From an uncultured Burkholderiaceae bacterium (GTDB lineage: Bacteria; Pseudomonadota; Gammaproteobacteria; Burkholderiales; Burkholderiaceae_B): a stretch of 64,000 nucleotides of DNA. Location of the stretch: assembly GCA_964620485.1 (NCBI GenBank), contig CAZUGU010000012.1, forward strand, positions 14,573-78,572, written 5' to 3'. Of the stretch, positions 32,852 through 42,763 are shown in pieces (within the stretch, counting starts at the first letter, position 1; every line of letters begins with the position of its first letter). The notes below the pieces were generated by a model. It had not been told where the DNA came from. It saw only the letters and a program-made list of their open reading frames with translations, and did no database searches. A program made the position numbers and the translations under genes.

Positions 32852-34516
32852 ATGCATACTAATTCTTTGCCATATTGGTTTATAAGATTTCGGGTTGAAC
32901 GAGGATTAACCTGCCTGATAGGAGTTTTATTAATTGCATTAATGGTCATAACTCCACTAATTACATTAGCATGGCATGCTATGCATGCGGATATACATCA
33001 ATGGAAACATCTAATGCTTTATGTTATGCCATATGCTTTTAAAAATACAATAGCATTACTTATTGGTGTTGGTTTACTTGTCAGTATTCTAGGAACTAGT
33101 ACTGCATGGTTAGTTACTGCTTATAGATTTCCTTCTCATAGCATTTTGAATTGGGCCCTCCTTTTACCCTTGGCCTCTCCAGCATATATTATCGCATTTG
33201 CATATTTAGATATTTTACATCCTATAGGTCCAATATCTACTGTAATCAAGATCTTATTTAATTGCCAATGTCAATCAAATCTACCAGATTTAAGATCGAT
33301 TTATGGCGCAATATTTATATTAGGTTTTGTTTTATATCCTTATGTATATCTTACAACTCGTGCCATGTTTATGACACAAGCGACTAATTTATTAGAAATT
33401 GCCCGATCTTTAGGTTTAACTCAATCTAGTATTTTTTTTCGAGTTGCAATACCATTAGCTAGACCTGCAATCATTATTGGAACTAGTTTAGCTTTGTTAG
33501 AAACATTAAATGATATTGGAGTTTCTGAATTTCTTGGTATTCAAACACTAACAGTTTCAGTTTATACAACATGGGTGACACGTTCAAATTTATCTGGAGC
33601 ATCACAGATTTCCATTGCAATACTAATCCTAACAATGATACTAATCATAATTGAACATCACGGGCGTAGGCGACAGCGTTACATTAATACACGATGTACA
33701 AAACCCATACAAGCTCAGATTCTAAAAGGAAAAATCGCTATACCTATAATTTTTTTGAGTTGGATGCCAGTTTTGATAGGATTTATCGTACCAATGATAT
33801 ACTTAATCATTGAAACATATAAACGTTTAAATTTAATTGGTAGTATATCAAATCAAATAATAGTTAGTTTTAGCAATAGTTTGATCATTGCATTAATCGT
33901 AACTATCATTACACTGTTATTCGGGTTAATTATATCTTGGTTCGGATATTTATCGCGTGATAGTACAGAATTTAGTTTAGGTCATTTTCTCATACGCATT
34001 ACTAATCTTGGTTATGCTATTCCATCTACGATCTTAGCCATAGGTTTATTAATTCCTTTATCTTGGATAGATCAAATATTTGGCAAATTATTAGGTAGTA
34101 ACAAACAATTTTTGATGGGATCTATTATTGGATTAATTTGTGCGAATACAATTAGGTTTTTAACAATTTCTGCTGGTGGTATAGAGGCGGGTTTAGCTCG
34201 TATACAACCATCGCTCGAACAAGCTTCTCGTTTGTTAGGAGAATCGGCAATTGGTACTCTGCGTCGAATTCACTTACCATTGTTACAGCCAATACTTATT
34301 TCTAGCGCGATACTTATTTTTCTAGATGCTATGAAAGAATTACCTGCTACGTTATTATTGAGACCTATGAATTTCGAAACTCTAGCTACATATCTTTATG
34401 CTGAAGCAGCACGTGGAACATATGAAGAGGGAATTATTGCAGCACTCGCCATTGTAATGGCTGGTGTAATTCCAATACTTCTTCTTGCATATGTTAACTT
34501 AAAAACAAGATTATAA
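32852..34516 (+). CDS. fbpB: Fe(3+) ABC transporter permease (fused two-module FbpB type)
   Basis: 554 aa. It is a duplicated permease with two EAA-like loops (EIARSLG.. and EQASRLLG..). Confidence 0.78.
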   Translation: MHTNSLPYWFIRFRVERGLTCLIGVLLIALMVITPLITLAWHAMHADIHQWKHLMLYVMPYAFKNTIALLIGVGLLVSILGTSTAWLVTAYRFPSHSILNWALLLPLASPAYIIAFAYLDILHPIGPISTVIKILFNCQCQSNLPDLRSIYGAIFILGFVLYPYVYLTTRAMFMTQATNLLEIARSLGLTQSSIFFRVAIPLARPAIIIGTSLALLETLNDIGVSEFLGIQTLTVSVYTTWVTRSNLSGASQISIAILILTMILIIIEHHGRRRQRYINTRCTKPIQAQILKGKIAIPIIFLSWMPVLIGFIVPMIYLIIETYKRLNLIGSISNQIIVSFSNSLIIALIVTIITLLFGLIISWFGYLSRDSTEFSLGHFLIRITNLGYAIPSTILAIGLLIPLSWIDQIFGKLLGSNKQFLMGSIIGLICANTIRFLTISAGGIEAGLARIQPSLEQASRLLGESAIGTLRRIHLPLLQPILISSAILIFLDAMKELPATLLLRPMNFETLATYLYAEAARGTYEEGIIAALAIVMAGVIPILLLAYVNLKTRL

Positions 34517-34519
34517 ACT

Positions 34520-35323
34520 ATGTTACATTTCTTAGAACTTGAAAATGTATCGGTTTCTTATAGAATGCCTAACAGAAGTAAAAAAATTGTAATAGATTCT
34601 TTATTTATGGATTTACCTACTGGGTATATTGGATCTTTACTAGGTAGATCTGCGTCTGGTAAAACGACAATATTACGTGCTATTGCTGGATTTGAACCAG
34701 TTACTTCAGGAATAATCCGACTTGGAGGAAGTATCATATCTTCTTTAAATATTCAAGTCGCACCTGAAGAACGTCGGATAGGAATGGTCTTTCAAGACTA
34801 TGCATTATTTCCTCATTTAACTGCAGCACAAAATGTAGGATTTGGCTTGCGAAAATTTAGCTTTAATACTCGAAAAAGACGTGTTGCTGAAATGCTTGAT
34901 CTAGTTGATCTAGGACACATTGCAAATAATTATCCTCACGAACTATCCGGTGGCCAGCAGCAACGCATTACTCTAGCACGTGCATTAGCACCATCACCAG
35001 AACTATTACTACTAGACGAGCCATTTTCAAATCTAGACATTGATATGCGAGAACATTTAGCATTTGAAGTTCGAGATATTCTAAAATTAGCCGGACATAC
35101 TGCAATTTTAGTTACTCATAATCACGCTGAAGCATTTGCAATTGCTGATAGAATTGGAATCATGTCTGATGGAAAAATTATTCAATGGGATACTCCTTAT
35201 AATTTATATCACAATCCTATAAATAGTTTCGTTAAAAAATTTATTCATCGTGATAGTCTAATGGAAAGAAGAAAGCAAGCCCTCACTAGAGGATTAAATC
35301 CTTGCTTTAAAGAAACTATATAA
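34520..35323 (+). CDS. fbpC: Fe(3+) ABC transporter ATP-binding protein, short form
   Basis: 267 aa with Walker A GRSASGKTT, signature LSGGQQQR and Walker B LLLLDEPFS. Only about 30 aa follow the ABC core. Confidence 0.78.
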   Translation: MLHFLELENVSVSYRMPNRSKKIVIDSLFMDLPTGYIGSLLGRSASGKTTILRAIAGFEPVTSGIIRLGGSIISSLNIQVAPEERRIGMVFQDYALFPHLTAAQNVGFGLRKFSFNTRKRRVAEMLDLVDLGHIANNYPHELSGGQQQRITLARALAPSPELLLLDEPFSNLDIDMREHLAFEVRDILKLAGHTAILVTHNHAEAFAIADRIGIMSDGKIIQWDTPYNLYHNPINSFVKKFIHRDSLMERRKQALTRGLNPCFKETI

Positions 35324-35361
35324 TATAAATATAGTTTTTAAAAATTAAGTATAATAAAGTC

Positions 35362-36774
35362 TTATAGACCATAATACATATCAAATTCAATTGGATGTGT
35401 TGTCATTCGTAGATTATTGACATCTTTCATCTTCAATTCTATAAATGCATTTAGCATATCATGACTAAAAACATCACCTCTTGTTAAAAATTCGTTATCT
35501 CTTTCAAGAGCTGTTAATGCTTCTTCAAGTGAAGCGCAAACTGTTGGAATTTTAGAATCATCTTCTAACGAAAGATTATATAAATTTGCATCTGTAGGAT
35601 TACCTGGATGAATCTTATTTTGCACTCCGTCTAAACCCGCCATCATCAAAGCTGAAAAAGCTAGGTAAGGATTAGCTAATGAATCTGGAAAGCGCGTTTC
35701 TATACGTTGGCTATTTGGATTGTTCTCATATGGAATACGAACTGACGTTGATCTGTTACATGCTGCATATGAAAGTTTAACTGGTGCTTCATAATGAGGT
35801 ACTAATCGTTTATATGAATTAGTACAGGGATTTGTAATGGCATTCAATGCACGTCCATGTTTAATTATTCCGCCAATATAATATAAAGCAAATTCTGATA
35901 AACCTGCGTAACCATTTCCAGCAAATAAATTTCTGTTATCTTTCCAGATAGACTGATGTACATGCATACCGGAACCATTATCATTAATTATTGGTTTTGG
36001 CATAAATGTTGCGGTTTTACCATAGGAATGAGCAACATTACGAATAATATATTTCATGAGTTGTGTCCAATCAGCTCTTTGAACTAACGTGCTAAATTTA
36101 GTACCAATTTCCAATTGTCCAGGGGCCGCAACTTCATGATGATGGAGTTCAACTGGTATTCCAACTTTTTCCATTAACAAACACATTTCTGAACGCATAT
36201 CTTGAAATGAATCAGTAGGAGGAACACGAAAATATCCGCCACCAATACTAGGGCGATGACCAGTGTTACCATTTTTCATTTTAATTGCAGTTGACCAAGG
36301 AGCTTCTTCAGATTTTATTTTAAAAAATGTATTAGACATGTCAATATTCCATGTAACACTATCAAAAACAAAAAATTCAGGCTCAGGACCAAAATAAGCT
36401 GCATCACCTAGGCCTGAAGATCTTAAATAAGATTCGGCACGTCTTGCTATCGAACGAGGATCACGATGATAATCTTTTAATTTAAATGGATCGAATATAT
36501 TACACAGCATAATTAAGGTTGATTCTTTGTAAAATGGATCAATAACAGCAGTATTTATATCTGGGATCAACAGCATATCGGATTTCTCGACATTTTTCCA
36601 TCCTGGAACTGATGAACCGTCAAAAGCATACCCATTTTTCAGTTTTTCTTCATTAAGAGTATTAGCAGGTAAAGTAGTATGATATTCTTGTCCTATTGTG
36701 TCCGTAAAACGGAAGTCGATGAATTTGATTTCATTGTCAGCGATCTGTTTAAGAACGCTTTTAAAACTTATCAT
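35362..36774 (-). CDS. glnA: Glutamine synthetase type I
   Basis: 470 aa with GSI motifs (FDGSS..GW, GSGMHVHQS) and the adenylylation-loop Tyr context (NLYNLS). Confidence 0.95.
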   Translation of the reverse strand: MISFKSVLKQIADNEIKFIDFRFTDTIGQEYHTTLPANTLNEEKLKNGYAFDGSSVPGWKNVEKSDMLLIPDINTAVIDPFYKESTLIMLCNIFDPFKLKDYHRDPRSIARRAESYLRSSGLGDAAYFGPEPEFFVFDSVTWNIDMSNTFFKIKSEEAPWSTAIKMKNGNTGHRPSIGGGYFRVPPTDSFQDMRSEMCLLMEKVGIPVELHHHEVAAPGQLEIGTKFSTLVQRADWTQLMKYIIRNVAHSYGKTATFMPKPIINDNGSGMHVHQSIWKDNRNLFAGNGYAGLSEFALYYIGGIIKHGRALNAITNPCTNSYKRLVPHYEAPVKLSYAACNRSTSVRIPYENNPNSQRIETRFPDSLANPYLAFSALMMAGLDGVQNKIHPGNPTDANLYNLSLEDDSKIPTVCASLEEALTALERDNEFLTRGDVFSHDMLNAFIELKMKDVNNLRMTTHPIEFDMYYGL

Positions 36775-36898
36775 GTGATCTCCATTAGAATAAAACTGAT
36801 AAAAAGTAGAATTGATGTTTATGTATAAAATTAAAGAAGGAATTCTTTACAAGAATTATTTTAATATTAATTAGCATCTAAATATTTGATTTTCAATA

Positions 36899-38104
36899 TT
36901 ATAAAAACATTTCTTGTAATCTATTTAAAAAATGCCATCCTTTGGAACTTGCTTTTAAATATTTAGGGTTTGAGTCTAATAATCCATATTTATAAGCACG
37001 ATTAATCTTATGAGTAATACTAGTTAATGATAATCCAGTACGTTCCATAAATAAGTTTGTTTTTACTCCATCCTTTAAGGACAATACGTTCAACATAAAT
37101 TCAAAAGCTAATTGTTTAGAGTTAATTGTATAGTCTTTGACTATATGGCTTCCATCTTTGGACATGACATGTCTTATCCAAGATTTTGGATCGGTCATAC
37201 GAATCTGACGAATAATTCGATCATAAAAAGATATTTTTCCATGTGCTCCTGGGCCTAATCCCAAATAATCACCAAATTCCCAATAATTAAGATTATGTCG
37301 CGATCGACAACCTGATTGACAATAGGAAGATGTTTCATAATGATTAAATCCTTTGTCAATTATTTCATGTGAAATAGATTCTTGCATAGCTTCAACAAGA
37401 TCATGACTAGGTAATTCTGGAATATATTTTCTTAAAACAGTATTTTGCTCTATAATTAATTCATAACATGAAAGATGATTTACATCAAATTCTATAGCTT
37501 TTTGTATATCTGATAGACATTCATGAATTTTTTGTTTTGGTAGTGCAAACATAATATCTAAATTAATATATTTAACAAATTTTTTTGTCATTTCTATTGT
37601 TTTTTTTACTTGCATAGCATCATAAGTACATCCTAATTTCTTTAAATATGTATCATTAAAACTCTGCGCATTAATTGAAAAACGATTTATCCCACTTTTT
37701 ACATATTCACAAATATTATTTTTTTTAGCCAACCCAGGATTAATTTCCATTGTAATTTCTGTATTTGATGAGATTCTTAGTAAAGAGCGAATCATAATTT
37801 GTAATGAATTAAATCCTGTAACAGAAAATAGATTCGGAGTACATCCACCTATGAAAATTGATGTAATTGGTCTATTCCAAATTAACGGCAAAGACTGCTC
37901 TAAATCTAGGCGTAGTGCATTCAAATAATCATATTCAGGAATTTCTATATTATTGATAATACATGTATGAGACATACAATAGGGATAATTCTGTATACAC
38001 CATGGTACGTGAATATATATTGATAATGGTGGTAATTTTTTTAACCGTATAATATTTTTCTTTTGAAAAGTATTGTGCAATTGAACTAGATTTGGAAAAG
38101 TCAT
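36899..38104 (-). CDS. hemW: HemW-like radical-SAM family protein (oxygen-independent coproporphyrinogen oxidase-like) with an altered cluster motif
   Basis: 401 aa, colinear with E. coli HemW/YggW as I recall it (LSIYIH.PWC.Q..PYC, IFIGG.TP, NLNYW.FGDY.G.G.GAHGK). The CX3CX2C motif reads CIQNYPYC. Confidence 0.8.
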   Translation of the reverse strand: MTFPNLVQLHNTFQKKNIIRLKKLPPLSIYIHVPWCIQNYPYCMSHTCIINNIEIPEYDYLNALRLDLEQSLPLIWNRPITSIFIGGCTPNLFSVTGFNSLQIMIRSLLRISSNTEITMEINPGLAKKNNICEYVKSGINRFSINAQSFNDTYLKKLGCTYDAMQVKKTIEMTKKFVKYINLDIMFALPKQKIHECLSDIQKAIEFDVNHLSCYELIIEQNTVLRKYIPELPSHDLVEAMQESISHEIIDKGFNHYETSSYCQSGCRSRHNLNYWEFGDYLGLGPGAHGKISFYDRIIRQIRMTDPKSWIRHVMSKDGSHIVKDYTINSKQLAFEFMLNVLSLKDGVKTNLFMERTGLSLTSITHKINRAYKYGLLDSNPKYLKASSKGWHFLNRLQEMFL

Positions 38105-38289
38105 TTACTGCACTCCTTAGTAAAGATTAATTAGATAAAATTTCAATTTTTAATAATTACCTAAACCTTATTGTGATCAATATATGTAATTTTAATTTCT
38201 ATTCTTTTAAATAATTACTTGTAATAAATGCAATAAAAATCTTAATAAATATGAAATTTTTTCATTCATAAGATATTAGATTGAGTTTT

Positions 38290-38895
38290 TTAAATTGATA
38301 GTTCATTAACAGAACTTTCCGAATCAGGTAATGACCAATCACGTAACAATGAAGCATTCTCTGGAACTTTTTTCATTTTTTCTAGAAAATTTGTTTGCAA
38401 TAGGCCCATACGGTATGCATCTCTATATTTACCATTTGAAAAAAATTCTTCTTTCAATATTCCTTCTGTTATAAAGCCGCATTGCTTATAAATATGTATT
38501 CCTGCTGTATTACTATGGTCAACAACTAAATAGATTTTGTGAAGATTTAAGATCCTAAATGCATAGTTAATAGCAATTCTCGTTGCGCTTTTAGCATAGC
38601 CTCGGCCCTGAAAATTAGGAGCAATAATAATTTGAAATTCTGCACGTCGGTGTATATAATCAATTTCTACTAACTCAACCAGACCAGCTGGCTGATCACT
38701 GATATGTTCGATAATGAATCTCCGTTCATATTGATCATGGATGTGACGTGTGTAAAGGGCAACTAATTCATCATAGGCTTCGTAGGGTTCTTCGAACCAA
38801 TATCTCATAATAACATCATTGTTAGTCAATTTATGTACAAACAGTAAGTCACCACTTTCTAATGGTCTTAATTTAATATCAGTATGTATTGGCAT
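38290..38895 (-). CDS. speG: Spermidine N1-acetyltransferase
   Basis: 201 aa. KLRPLE..DL.FVH.L.NN...[25 protein letters not shown]......GLVELVEI...[14 protein letters not shown] closely tracks E. coli SpeG from memory. It has an extra C-terminal tail of about 15-25 aa. Confidence 0.85.
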   Translation of the reverse strand: MPIHTDIKLRPLESGDLLFVHKLTNNDVIMRYWFEEPYEAYDELVALYTRHIHDQYERRFIIEHISDQPAGLVELVEIDYIHRRAEFQIIIAPNFQGRGYAKSATRIAINYAFRILNLHKIYLVVDHSNTAGIHIYKQCGFITEGILKEEFFSNGKYRDAYRMGLLQTNFLEKMKKVPENASLLRDWSLPDSESSVNELSI

Positions 38896-38916
38896 ATATC
38901 TATTCCTTTATGAAAC

Positions 38917-38966
38917 CATATTACTCTCTACAAATATCTTTAAAGATATTTGTAGAGAGTAATATG
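38917..38966. repeat. 50-bp perfect palindrome (25-bp arms, no spacer) 21 nt upstream of the speG start codon
   Basis: ccatattactctctacaaatatcttt|aaagatatttgtagagagtaatatgg, paired base by base. It lies between divergently transcribed speG and xthA. Confidence 0.9.
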
Positions 38967-39125
38967 CGAAACTGACACTATGTAAAAAAATATCTACAAA
39001 ATTTACTTATTCATTTTTACATTAAAACTCTTCATTTCTTAAAATGAACTGATACATTTCATGCATATTTTATAAATTCTATAATTTGCAAAAATTTTTA
39101 AAAATTAGATAACAGGTTACTAAAA

Positions 39126-39908
39126 ATGAAAATTGCTACATGGAATGTAAATTCCATAAAAATTCGTTTGCCACAAATTTTAGATTGGCTTAAAAATAAT
39201 CCAGTGGACATATTATGTTTGCAAGAATTGAAAATTTCAAACGAAATGTTTCCTATTGAAGATTTTAAAAATATTTCATATCATTCTTTTTGGTCAGGAC
39301 AAAAATCATACAATGGGGTGGCTATATTAAGTCAAAAACCAGGTACTGATATAACATATGAAATACCAAACTATGATGATAATCAAAAACGATTTATTGC
39401 ACTTACTATACTTAAATATAATAAGAAAATTAGAATTGTTTGCGTTTATTGCCCAAATGGGCAGTCAATAAATAGTGATAAGTATACCTATAAACTTCAA
39501 TGGTTTGAAGCTTTACATTCTCATCTCAAAGTAGAATTACAAAATAATAGTAACTTAGCCGTCTTGGGTGATTATAATATAGCACCAAGTGATGCTGACG
39601 TATATTACCCCAAAAAATTAGAAGGTGAAATATTAGTTTCAAAGCCTGAGCGTGACGCTTTTAATAAACTTCTTAAGTTAGGATTATATGATGCTTTCCG
39701 TTTATTCAATCAGCCTGAAAAGTCTTTTAGCTGGTGGGATTATCGTCGTGGTGCATTTCATAAAAACATTGGATTACGTATTGACTTAATTTTATTGTCT
39801 AGGGAATTGCATAAAACTTGTACTTCTTGTGTTATTGATAAATCACCTCGATTCAGTTATAGACCATCTGATCATGTACCGATAATAGCAACTTTAGATT
39901 TTACCTAA
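39126..39908 (+). CDS. xthA: Exodeoxyribonuclease III
   Basis: 260 aa. MKIATWNVNS...LCLQE...GDYNIAP...SDH.P are EEP nuclease motifs. Confidence 0.9.
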   Translation: MKIATWNVNSIKIRLPQILDWLKNNPVDILCLQELKISNEMFPIEDFKNISYHSFWSGQKSYNGVAILSQKPGTDITYEIPNYDDNQKRFIALTILKYNKKIRIVCVYCPNGQSINSDKYTYKLQWFEALHSHLKVELQNNSNLAVLGDYNIAPSDADVYYPKKLEGEILVSKPERDAFNKLLKLGLYDAFRLFNQPEKSFSWWDYRRGAFHKNIGLRIDLILLSRELHKTCTSCVIDKSPRFSYRPSDHVPIIATLDFT

Positions 39909-39941
39909 TTGAATACGAGTGAATATTTTATAGTTTTATCA

Positions 39942-40016
39942 GGGGCGATAGCTTAAATTTGGAAAAGCATCACGTTCGCAACGCGAAAGTTAGGAGTTCG
40001 ATTCTCCTTCGCTCCA
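39942..40016 (+). tRNA. tRNA, anticodon CGC by my hand fold (Ala); CCA not encoded
   Basis: 75-nt cloverleaf: acceptor GGGGCGA/TCGCTCC with G3:U70, D arm GCTT-AAATTTGGAA-AAGC, anticodon arm TCACG-TTCGCAA-CGCGA (one A:C mismatch at 29:41), T arm AGGAG-TTCGATT-CTCCT, discriminator A. Confidence 0.75.
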
Positions 40017-40036
40017 ATTAATATAAGAATAAAATT

Positions 40037-40084
40037 ATTCTATCAATAAGAGATATCTTTTAAGATATCTCTTATTGATAGAAT
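40037..40084. terminator. Perfect 23-bp-arm hairpin between the convergent tRNA and pnp 3' ends
   Basis: attctatcaataagagatatctt-tt-aagatatctcttattgatagaat. A second 9-bp IR (gaatcgaaa/tttcgattc) follows at 40081-40110. Confidence 0.55.
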
Positions 40085-40124
40085 CGAAACGTTTTCCATA
40101 TTTTCGATTCTAGAAATAAATTTT

Positions 40125-42236
40125 TTAGATATCCTCATTATTGTTTACTGCTTTTAAAGATAAACGTAAACGACCTTTATCATCTGCTTCAATTACTTTA
40201 ACACGTATCTGTTGTCCAACTGATAGAATGTCTTTAATACTGGCGATTCGATAATTAGCAATCTCAGAGATATGCAATAAGCCATCCTTACCTGGTAAGA
40301 CCCGAATAATTGCACCAAAGTCCAGAAGTCTTAATACTTGTCCATCATATATCTGTCCAACTTCAACTTCAGCCGTTAATTCCAAAATCCGACGTTGCGC
40401 TTCTTTTGCATTATTTTTATCGACACTAGAAATAGTTACTTTTCCATCATCAGAAATATCAATCTGTGTACCTGTTTCTTCGGTTAGATTTCGAATTGTT
40501 GTCCCAGCTTTTCCAATTACATCTCGTATTTTTTCAGGTTTAATATTAATAGTTAGCATACTTGGGGCAAAATTTGATAAATTACTACGAGAAGAAATTA
40601 TAGATTTATTCATTTCTTCTAAAATATTCAAACGACCTTCTTTAGCTTGTTCTAAGGATTTTTTTATTACTATATCAGTAATGCCTTGGATTTTTATATC
40701 CATTTGTAATGCTGTAATACCATTAATAGTACCAGCAACTTTAAAATCCATATCTCCAAGAAAATCTTCATCTCCAAGAATATCTGTTAATATGGAAAAT
40801 TTTTCATTTTCTAAAATTAAACCCATTGCAACACCAGCTACATGATCTTTAATTGGTACACCAGCATCCATCATTGCAAGCGAACTACCACATACTGAAG
40901 CCATAGAAGAAGAGCCATTAGACTCTGTAATTTCTGACACTAGACGAATAGTATATTGAAATGCATCAACATTTGGTAAAACTGGCAATAAAGCTCTTTT
41001 AGCTAAACGACCGTGACCAATTTCCCGACGTTTAGGTATGCCAATACGACCTATTTCTCCAGTAGCAAAAGCTGGCATGTTATAATGAAGCATAAATCGT
41101 TCTCTATATTCACCCATTAAAGCATCAATTACTTGTTCATTTTGTTTAGTGCCTAAAGTTGTAACAACTAAAGCCTGAGTTTCACCTCGTGTGAATAAGG
41201 CACTACCATGTGCACGAGGTAAGATACCTAGTTGTATATCAATTGGTCGAACTGTTCTAGTATCACGTCCATCAATACGTGGCTCACCTCTTAATATTTT
41301 GCTTCGCAAAATATTTGATCTTATATCAATCAAGATATTATCAATTGTTACATTATTTGGAATAACCTGACCCGTTGCAACAGCTTTTTCAGTAAGTATT
41401 TTTTTTACATCAGAGTGAATCTTATTTAATTGATTTACTCGATCTTGTTTATCACGTATCTTATATACAGCTTCTAAGCTTGTATGTGAAATAGCTTCTA
41501 TTTCTGAAAATAGAAACTTATTTTGAATCGGTAATTGATAATCCCATTCTGGCTTTCCGGCCTCAGAAACTAGTTCATGAATTTTATCTATAACAACCTG
41601 AATTTTATCATGACCAAATTCTATAGCTTTGAGCATGATATCTTCAGATAGTTCATCTGCTTCAGACTCAACCATCAAAACCGAATTTTCCGTTGCTGCT
41701 ACAACTAAATTTAGTTTAGAAAAAACAAGTTGAGATTGCGTTGGATTAAGTATATATTCATTATTAATATAACCTACACGAGCTGCGCCAATTGGACCAT
41801 CAAATGGTATTCCTGAAATTGATAAAGCTGCAGAAGCAGCTATTAAAGCCGGTATATCTGGATCAATATCTGGATTTACTGATAATGTATGTAATACAAT
41901 TTGTACTTCATTATAAAACCACTTTGGAAATAATGGACGTAAGGGTCGATCAATTAAACGAGAAGTTAATATTTCTTTTTCAGATGGTCTACCTTCTCTT
42001 TTAAAAAAACCACCTGGAATACGACCTGCTGCATAGGTTTTTTCAATATAATCTACAGATAATGGAAGAAAATTTTGCTCAATTTTTGATTCTTGACAAG
42101 CAACAACAGTTGCCAAAACTACTGTATCATCAATTGTTACTAATACAGAACCTGAAGCTTGTCGAGCAATCTTACCGGTTTCCATTGTAACTGTATGTTG
42201 ACCATATTGAAACGATTTAGTCACTTTGTTAAACAT
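40125..42236 (-). CDS. pnp: Polyribonucleotide nucleotidyltransferase (PNPase)
   Basis: The track ORF starts at TTG 42305. The ATG at 42234-42236 gives [27 protein letters not shown], the canonical PNPase N-terminus. Two RNase PH domains, KH and S1 follow. Confidence 0.95.
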   Translation of the reverse strand: MFNKVTKSFQYGQHTVTMETGKIARQASGSVLVTIDDTVVLATVVACQESKIEQNFLPLSVDYIEKTYAAGRIPGGFFKREGRPSEKEILTSRLIDRPLRPLFPKWFYNEVQIVLHTLSVNPDIDPDIPALIAASAALSISGIPFDGPIGAARVGYINNEYILNPTQSQLVFSKLNLVVAATENSVLMVESEADELSEDIMLKAIEFGHDKIQVVIDKIHELVSEAGKPEWDYQLPIQNKFLFSEIEAISHTSLEAVYKIRDKQDRVNQLNKIHSDVKKILTEKAVATGQVIPNNVTIDNILIDIRSNILRSKILRGEPRIDGRDTRTVRPIDIQLGILPRAHGSALFTRGETQALVVTTLGTKQNEQVIDALMGEYRERFMLHYNMPAFATGEIGRIGIPKRREIGHGRLAKRALLPVLPNVDAFQYTIRLVSEITESNGSSSMASVCGSSLAMMDAGVPIKDHVAGVAMGLILENEKFSILTDILGDEDFLGDMDFKVAGTINGITALQMDIKIQGITDIVIKKSLEQAKEGRLNILEEMNKSIISSRSNLSNFAPSMLTINIKPEKIRDVIGKAGTTIRNLTEETGTQIDISDDGKVTISSVDKNNAKEAQRRILELTAEVEVGQIYDGQVLRLLDFGAIIRVLPGKDGLLHISEIANYRIASIKDILSVGQQIRVKVIEADDKGRLRLSLKAVNNNEDI

Positions 42237-42343
42237 AACAAATGATTCCTTAGAAATGAAAAAATCCGCAGTCGACGCAAACGAATCTTTCTGATAATGC
42301 ATCAACTACGGTTAAATTATCTAGAATAAAATTCCTTCTTCTA

Positions 42344-42613
42344 TTACTTACGTAAGCCAAGTTTTTCAATTAAAACTCTATAAGAATTAGAATTTTGTCC
42401 TTTGAGATAATTGAGTAATTTACGACGACGATTGACCATTTGTAGTAAACCTCGACGCGAGTGATGATCTTTTGTATGTTGCTTAAAATGATCTGTTAAT
42501 CCATTAATACGAAAAGTAAGCAAAGCAATTTGAACTTCAGGTGAACCAGTGTCATTTTTTTTACGCTGGAATTTTGTAACAACCTGAGCTTTATTCATTT
42601 CAGATATAAACAT
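42344..42613 (-). CDS. rpsO: 30S ribosomal protein S15
   Basis: 89 aa. [38 protein letters not shown]. Confidence 0.95.
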   Translation of the reverse strand: MFISEMNKAQVVTKFQRKKNDTGSPEVQIALLTFRINGLTDHFKQHTKDHHSRRGLLQMVNRRRKLLNYLKGQNSNSYRVLIEKLGLRK

Positions 42614-42763
42614 TTATTCAACCTCTTCAACAAGCGCTAAATACGAGGTAAATTAGCGTGATCAAGTAAAAATAACTAATAAAAACAACTAATAAACAAA
42701 ATAATTAATTAGAAAAACAAATATGGTTTGTTATTATGAAAGATTTTTCACTGAAAATATAAT

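Noticed and set aside
42237-42305. Upstream extensions of pnp (TTG 42305) and likewise ilvH (45237-45311), serC (11914-11940), ubiG (15152-15187), livH, cstA and ubiX.
   Set aside because: The track allows TTG/GTG starts. In each case an ATG downstream reproduces the conserved N-terminus of the family, and the extension overlaps the neighbouring gene or spacer.
42237-42343. Possible RNase III-type regulatory hairpin or terminator in the rpsO-pnp spacer, as in E. coli.
   Set aside because: I could only find a 3-bp GC stem followed by a U-run (gcg-ucgacu-gcg? gauuuuuu) and loose 5-6 bp AT pairings. That is too weak to call.
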